The notes below the pieces were generated by a model. It had not been told where the DNA came from. It was given only the letters and a program-made list of their open reading frames with translations, and did no database searches. A DNA stretch of 64,000 nucleotides, taken from Candidatus Magasanikbacteria bacterium RIFOXYC2_FULL_42_28 (GTDB lineage Bacteria > Patescibacteriota > Patescibacteriia > Magasanikbacterales > GWA2-37-8). A program made the position numbers and the translations under genes. The stretch is from the NCBI GenBank assembly GCA_001784435.1, contig MFQZ01000003.1:3022-67021 (forward strand), read 5' to 3'. Positions 59,159 through 64,000 of this stretch are shown here, one piece after another (the first letter of the stretch is position 1; the number at the start of each line of letters is the position of its first letter).

Positions 59159-60148
59159 TCAATACACCTTCTCCACCGCCACCCCCGTATAATAATATTG
59201 TAAAATTTGTAAATAATCCCAGCCATCGCGTTTGGCTCGCGCGCGCGCGTCATAGCAACTCATCCCGACGCCGTGGCCGTATTTCTTTTTGCCTTTGTCA
59301 TAAATCGCCACGACCGGTTGGAGCCACGGCTTATCAATTCCACCCCAAACCTGTTTGGATGTCTTGGTTATACCATTGGAATTGGCAAAATAGGGCGCGG
59401 TAACGGTCCGGCCGTTGTAAGTGACCATCTGCCCATAAGTATCAGTCGCCGCTTGCGCCACTTTGGGCATACTCATTTCCGAATTATACCCCAAATACAA
59501 TTGATCCACGGTCGTAGCATAAACATCAAAAAAACTTTTTGATACGGGCACGCTCCGATCAATATTTATAAACCCATAACTACGCGCGGCAACAAGCAAC
59601 GCTTTGATATATTCAATCGGGTCGTTGTTGCCGGTCTCGCCGATGCCAGCGACATATTGCTCCAACGGCAATTCATTTACTACCCAGGGCATTTTGCTTT
59701 TGGGCGAATAAATATATTCCAAAGTGCCCCGATAAGCATTGAAATTGGTTTTGCCTTTATACGCGAGCGTTCTTTTGTATTCTAAAATTGTAAAATATCC
59801 GGCCGGATCTAACGGCACTAACCGAATCGGATCAGTAGTATCCAAATCAATTTCCGCGGTTTTAATAAAATACGCGCCTTTTTTATACGACAAGGTTGTA
59901 GTCGCGCCCGGCATCAATACACCGACTAAAACCTCTCCCAAATATATTTGATGAGTATAATCAGACACAAACTGCACCGGCAAAGCGGATTTAAATAATC
60001 CAACGCGAATATTTGGTTCGGGCGACAAGGCCGTGCTGTAGCCGGTAAACGGGTCAATTTCAGCGACTACTACCTGCTCAGCCCAAGCGGTCTTGGTTAA
60101 AATCAAAGAAAAGGCCAGTAAAAGTAAGATTGGATAAATTTTTTTCAT
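59159..60148 (-). CDS. SpoIID/LytB-domain lytic transglycosylase-like protein
   Basis: VNELPLEQYVAGIGE, KALLVAARSY, GHGVGMS, ILQYYYTG; signal peptide. Confidence 0.88.
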   Translation of the reverse strand: MKKIYPILLLLAFSLILTKTAWAEQVVVAEIDPFTGYSTALSPEPNIRVGLFKSALPVQFVSDYTHQIYLGEVLVGVLMPGATTTLSYKKGAYFIKTAEIDLDTTDPIRLVPLDPAGYFTILEYKRTLAYKGKTNFNAYRGTLEYIYSPKSKMPWVVNELPLEQYVAGIGETGNNDPIEYIKALLVAARSYGFINIDRSVPVSKSFFDVYATTVDQLYLGYNSEMSMPKVAQAATDTYGQMVTYNGRTVTAPYFANSNGITKTSKQVWGGIDKPWLQPVVAIYDKGKKKYGHGVGMSCYDARARAKRDGWDYLQILQYYYTGVAVEKVY

Positions 60149-60183
60149 AGGTGAATATTATACCACATTTTGATAATGTTGTT

Positions 60184-60308
60184 AATATCAAATTGTTAAT
60201 TTCAAAATCCAAATTTCCAATTTCCAATCAAATCCAAAATTCTAATATCAAATTTTACATTTTGGCTTTGACATTGATTTGACATTGGAAATTGGAAATT
60301 TGACATTA
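60184..60308. repeat. Inverted ~7-nt repeat array
   Basis: CAAATTTCCAATTTCCAAT ... ATTGGAAATTGGAAATTTG; related to 24742-24889. Confidence 0.75.
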
Positions 60309-60386
60309 ATCGACTACAATTTACACATAAATAATTGCAAATTTAGTGATATTTAGATATACTTAATGCAAAGTTAACTATTACCA

Positions 60387-61826
60387 ATGTCCCTCATCCG
60401 CCAAATCGCCTACAACACCGGCGTACAAATTTCCGGCAAACTTTTGAGCACCGCGCTTGGCATCGCGGCAATTATGATTATGACGCGCACGCTCGGGGCT
60501 GAACAATTCGGCTGGTACGCCACGGCCACCGGTTTTTTACAATTTGTCGGATTATTTTCGGATTTTGGATTCACCGTGACCACTTCCAATATGCTGTCCG
60601 AGCCCCGCTTTGACAAAACCCGCTTGCTCAATACTATTTTTTCTTGGCGCCTCCTCACCGCTCTAATTTTCAACGGCCTGGCGCCGTTTATTTTTTTATT
60701 TTTGCCCTATCCGGCCGAATTAAAATACGCCGTCTTCACCCTCTCACTATCTTTTTTTGCCATTGCTTTAAGCCAAATATTTTTCGGATATTACCAGGCC
60801 AAGCTTCGCGCCGGCACGCTCGTCGTTGGCGAAATTTTTGGTCGCACGGCGCTCGTTATCGGCACCGCGCTCGTGGCTTATTTTGGTCTGGGACTAATGC
60901 CAATTATCTGGCTCATCAGCGGGGCCGCGATTTTAAATTTAATTTATTTGTGGTCAAACGCCCCGGCCGTGCGCTTATGTTTTGATCGTGAAATTTCGCG
61001 CGCCCTTTATACCAAAATTTGGCCCAATGCCAGCGCGGTTTTGTTAAATTCTTTTTATCTTCAAGGCGATCGCGTTATTTTGCCAATGTTTGTCGCACAA
61101 ACCACGGTGGGATTATACAGCGCGGCCTATCGCGTTTTAGATATCATTATCCAAATTTCCGCCCTGACCATGGGACTGCTTATGCCTCTTATCACCACGG
61201 CCTATATGAGTGGCGATCGCTTGGAATTTCAAAAACGCTGTAACTTGTCGCTTAATTTAACCGCGCTCATCACCCTACCGATGCTAGCCGGTGGCATGGC
61301 TCTGGCCGAACCAATTATGCGTTTTGTCGGTGGCGCGGAATTTGGCGCTTCCGGACCAATTTTACGCGTTTTAATGTTAGCGGTATTCGGAGTATGTTTA
61401 GGAATGGTATTTGGCCATATCAATTTAGCGATTAATCGCCAACGTCAAGCCCTGTGGATTTATGGCTCGGACGCGCTCCTAAGTATTATTGGTTATTTTA
61501 TTTTTATACCGCGCTACGGCATCACCGGCGCGCTGACTGTCACCATATTTTCCCAAATTTACGCCGGCATTTTACTAATGGCGCTCGCCTATCGCGCCGG
61601 CAAATTATCTTTAAATTTTTTACCGCTGACAAAAATAATTTTGGCGAGCGCACTTATGGCCGGCGCGCTCTATTTTACCCCACCCTATAATTTAGCAATA
61701 AAAATTTTAATCGGCATCGCGGTCTATGGTGCCTCGGTCGTGGCGCTCGAAATTATCTCTTGGGAAACCGTCAAAGCAATTTTGGCCAAATCACCAGTTG
61801 TCATTAAACCGGCAAATGAGGTATAA
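60387..61826 (+). CDS. Polysaccharide flippase (Wzx-like)
   Basis: 12-14 TM helices; RTLGAEQFGWY, DFGF, VGLYSAAYR. Confidence 0.88.
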   Translation: MSLIRQIAYNTGVQISGKLLSTALGIAAIMIMTRTLGAEQFGWYATATGFLQFVGLFSDFGFTVTTSNMLSEPRFDKTRLLNTIFSWRLLTALIFNGLAPFIFLFLPYPAELKYAVFTLSLSFFAIALSQIFFGYYQAKLRAGTLVVGEIFGRTALVIGTALVAYFGLGLMPIIWLISGAAILNLIYLWSNAPAVRLCFDREISRALYTKIWPNASAVLLNSFYLQGDRVILPMFVAQTTVGLYSAAYRVLDIIIQISALTMGLLMPLITTAYMSGDRLEFQKRCNLSLNLTALITLPMLAGGMALAEPIMRFVGGAEFGASGPILRVLMLAVFGVCLGMVFGHINLAINRQRQALWIYGSDALLSIIGYFIFIPRYGITGALTVTIFSQIYAGILLMALAYRAGKLSLNFLPLTKIILASALMAGALYFTPPYNLAIKILIGIAVYGASVVALEIISWETVKAILAKSPVVIKPANEV

Positions 61827-61905
61827 TAGTGATGCGAAATTAACTAATTCACTAATTTCTAATTCGCTAATTATCCACTACATTAATAAACTTTAAAACT
61901 AACAT

Positions 61906-62955
61906 ATGGACTTTTCTAAAATTCGCAACTATCTTTTTTTGGGGTCGCTTCTTATCGTCACATTATTATTTTTAAATCTCTTGCGACCATTCGCCTATGT
62001 AATTTTTTGGGCGGCGGTATTGGCCGCGATGTCTTATCCGGTTTATAAAAAAGTCAATGCGCGTTTGGCTCATCCGGATTTAAGCGCGATTATCACTCTA
62101 TCTTTAATTTTAATAGTCATCATTGTTCCGGTATTAATGATTGGCTCACTGCTAGTAACTCAATCAGTCAACACTTACGCCACCTTTAGCAACGACGGCC
62201 GAATTGGCACTTGGATTTCCGATGTTGCCAATTGGTTACGCGATAACCCCCTCACGGCCTCGCTAAATGTAGACGACGCTTTTTGGACCGAAAAATTTTC
62301 GAGCGCCGCCCAAAGTATCACTGGTTGGTTGTTTAATTTCGCCCGACAATTAACGCAGGACTCATTTAAATTTTTTGGGCTGTTTGCTATCATGGCCTAT
62401 ACTTTATTTTTCCTAATTCGGGATGGTGAAAAAATGTTAAAAAAATTAATGCACTTATGTCCGCTCGGTGATAAATATGAAGAAAAACTTTACGCTAAAT
62501 TTGTGGCCACGGCCGGCGCCACTATCCGAGGCAATTTAACGGTGGCAGTAATTCAAGGCGCGCTCGGCGGAATACTTTTTGCCGTAACCGGCATACCGGC
62601 ACCGCTCGTGTGGGGAGTAATTATGACTTTGCTCGCGATGATCCCGGGCATCGGCACTTTCTTGGTTTGGTTACCGGTCGGAGTGGTGATGTTGATTTTA
62701 GGCAATGTTTGGGAGGGCGTGCTTATCATCACATTGGGGGCACTCGTAATTAGCACCATTGATAATTTCCTGCGACCGGTTTTAGTCGGTAAAACCATTT
62801 CTTTGCACCCCTTAACAATCTTCTTTTCCACTTTGGGCGGAATTATCGTGTTTGGCCCCTCGGGCTTCATCATCGGCCCCATTATCGCCTCGCTCGCCGT
62901 GGCGTTTTGGGATATGTATGAGGATTATTATCGGAGTGAATTAGAAAATAATTAA
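61906..62955 (+). CDS. AI-2E family transporter
   Basis: FFLIRDG, IDNFLRPVLVG, GFIIGPII. Confidence 0.9.
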   Translation: MDFSKIRNYLFLGSLLIVTLLFLNLLRPFAYVIFWAAVLAAMSYPVYKKVNARLAHPDLSAIITLSLILIVIIVPVLMIGSLLVTQSVNTYATFSNDGRIGTWISDVANWLRDNPLTASLNVDDAFWTEKFSSAAQSITGWLFNFARQLTQDSFKFFGLFAIMAYTLFFLIRDGEKMLKKLMHLCPLGDKYEEKLYAKFVATAGATIRGNLTVAVIQGALGGILFAVTGIPAPLVWGVIMTLLAMIPGIGTFLVWLPVGVVMLILGNVWEGVLIITLGALVISTIDNFLRPVLVGKTISLHPLTIFFSTLGGIIVFGPSGFIIGPIIASLAVAFWDMYEDYYRSELENN

Positions 62956-63020
62956 AATATTGTATTATTTAAACAAAATATCCCGACTTAACCGGGATAT
63001 TTTGTTATCAGGGGTCGGGT

Positions 63021-63797
63021 TTATTTAGCATTTTGCCAAGCCAACTCAAACGTAATTTTTAAAAAATCCGCGAAGGTTTGACTCTGAATTTCAAAAGCGA
63101 CATTTTCGGTTGGCTTAGACAACATCACAATCACTTTGTCGTCAAAAATATTTATTTCCCCGGCCGTGGAAAAGCGCGCGTCCGGTTCAAGCCAACGATA
63201 CTCGGTGACGGCTCGTAAGTTTTTATTTCCTTTATATGTTTTGTTATACCACGCAAGCGCAATATCACTTTTAATTGCTAACACTTTTTCTTTGATTTTT
63301 AATTTGGTCCGCTCACGGGACTGGCGCGCCCCAACCTCATCAAACATTTCGGCATAATTTTTTAAATTCAAAATTGAATACACCTCGCTTTTTGCAGTCA
63401 ACACGTGTAAATATAAATTTATCATCTCTTCTTTGCCCTGCCCAAATTTTACCATCGGCTTTAAATCTGATTTAAACAAGGCCTGCAAATCGGGAAAAAC
63501 CGATCCTAATTCTCTTAGACGAAACTCGGCCTGTTGTCTTTTATTTTCCAAATATTGACGTAAATGATAAGGCGGTTCAGCGGTATATATTTTGGTCTTA
63601 CCGGTTAATGCCCGATTAGCAACTCCGCGCAGACACAAACGCTCTAAAATATCATAACCGGTGGTACGATTTAATTTAGCCGCTTTGCTTATATCAGTTA
63701 CTGCGCCCTTGCCTAATTCTAAAAGAGCCACATAAACCTTGGCTTCGTTGGGTAGCAGGCCTAATTTTTCTAAACGCTCATTTAATGATAATTCCAT
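63021..63797 (-). CDS. TrmB-family transcriptional regulator
   Basis: LGLLPNEAKVYVALLELG...LNRTTGYDIL; EINIFDDKV. Confidence 0.87.
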   Translation of the reverse strand: MELSLNERLEKLGLLPNEAKVYVALLELGKGAVTDISKAAKLNRTTGYDILERLCLRGVANRALTGKTKIYTAEPPYHLRQYLENKRQQAEFRLRELGSVFPDLQALFKSDLKPMVKFGQGKEEMINLYLHVLTAKSEVYSILNLKNYAEMFDEVGARQSRERTKLKIKEKVLAIKSDIALAWYNKTYKGNKNLRAVTEYRWLEPDARFSTAGEINIFDDKVIVMLSKPTENVAFEIQSQTFADFLKITFELAWQNAK

Positions 63798-63826
63798 ATA
63801 TGTTTATAATAGCATATTAATTAGAA

Positions 63827-63852
63827 TATGTCAAGATACGCCGACATTTTTT
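63827..63852. promoter_or_regulatory. Putative TrmB operator (second copy)
   Basis: TATGTCAA-GATACGC-CGACATTTTTT. Confidence 0.6.
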
Positions 63853-64000
63853 AATATATTTATATATTTTGCTTTATTTTAGCCAAATTTTGTATATTTT
63901 ATTATTGGTTAGTATTGACAATAATATAGATATACATTATAATAGCTCATCTTGCTACAAAAATAACGCGCGGTGGATAACTGACCAAAACACATATTTA

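Noticed and set aside
1-64000. A second VR elsewhere in the window
   Set aside because: No other TR-like sequence was noticed by eye; a BLAST of TR against the genome is needed to exclude remote targets.
1-64000. Alternative genetic code (TGA=Gly, as in Gracilibacteria/SR1)
   Set aside because: Long conserved genes are uninterrupted under code 11, and TGA serves as a stop (e.g. 6476-6478).

Overview
This is a chromosomal window from a small-genome bacterium. Gene content and style point to Patescibacteria/CPR (inference): a CPR-type pilin, DUF4012, several TrmB regulators, a stand-alone PEP-utilising domain, a MEMO-CapA fusion, and standard code 11. The housekeeping backbone is uvrA (partial), secG, rnj, miaA, ruvC, rpoC/rpoB, nrdJ, ruvB, two tRNA-Leu genes, an enlarged RNase P RNA and a 6S-like RNA. 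The main feature is a complete diversity-generating retroelement (DGR) at 48.9-51.6 kb. It has an RT, an Avd, a 118-bp TR, and a VR that differs from TR at 14 positions, all TR adenines. Its layout is unusual. avd is antiparallel to TR and RT, and avd and RT overlap head-to-head across one C11/G11 tract. At the current length RT is in frame with its upstream ATG and avd is not; at C10 or C13 this reverses, suggesting a reciprocal phase switch. A second theme is several families of short palindromes that lie between genes but also in frame inside miaA, nrdJ, a glycosyltransferase and a DUF4012 gene, and inside the RNase P RNA. Other observations are a back-to-back deletion scar joining two headless genes, an HNH gene between the 6S-like RNA and a tRNA, a CCHC knuckle on DUF4012, and shared leader/operator motifs. 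All calls come from reading the sequence by eye; no database searches were run.
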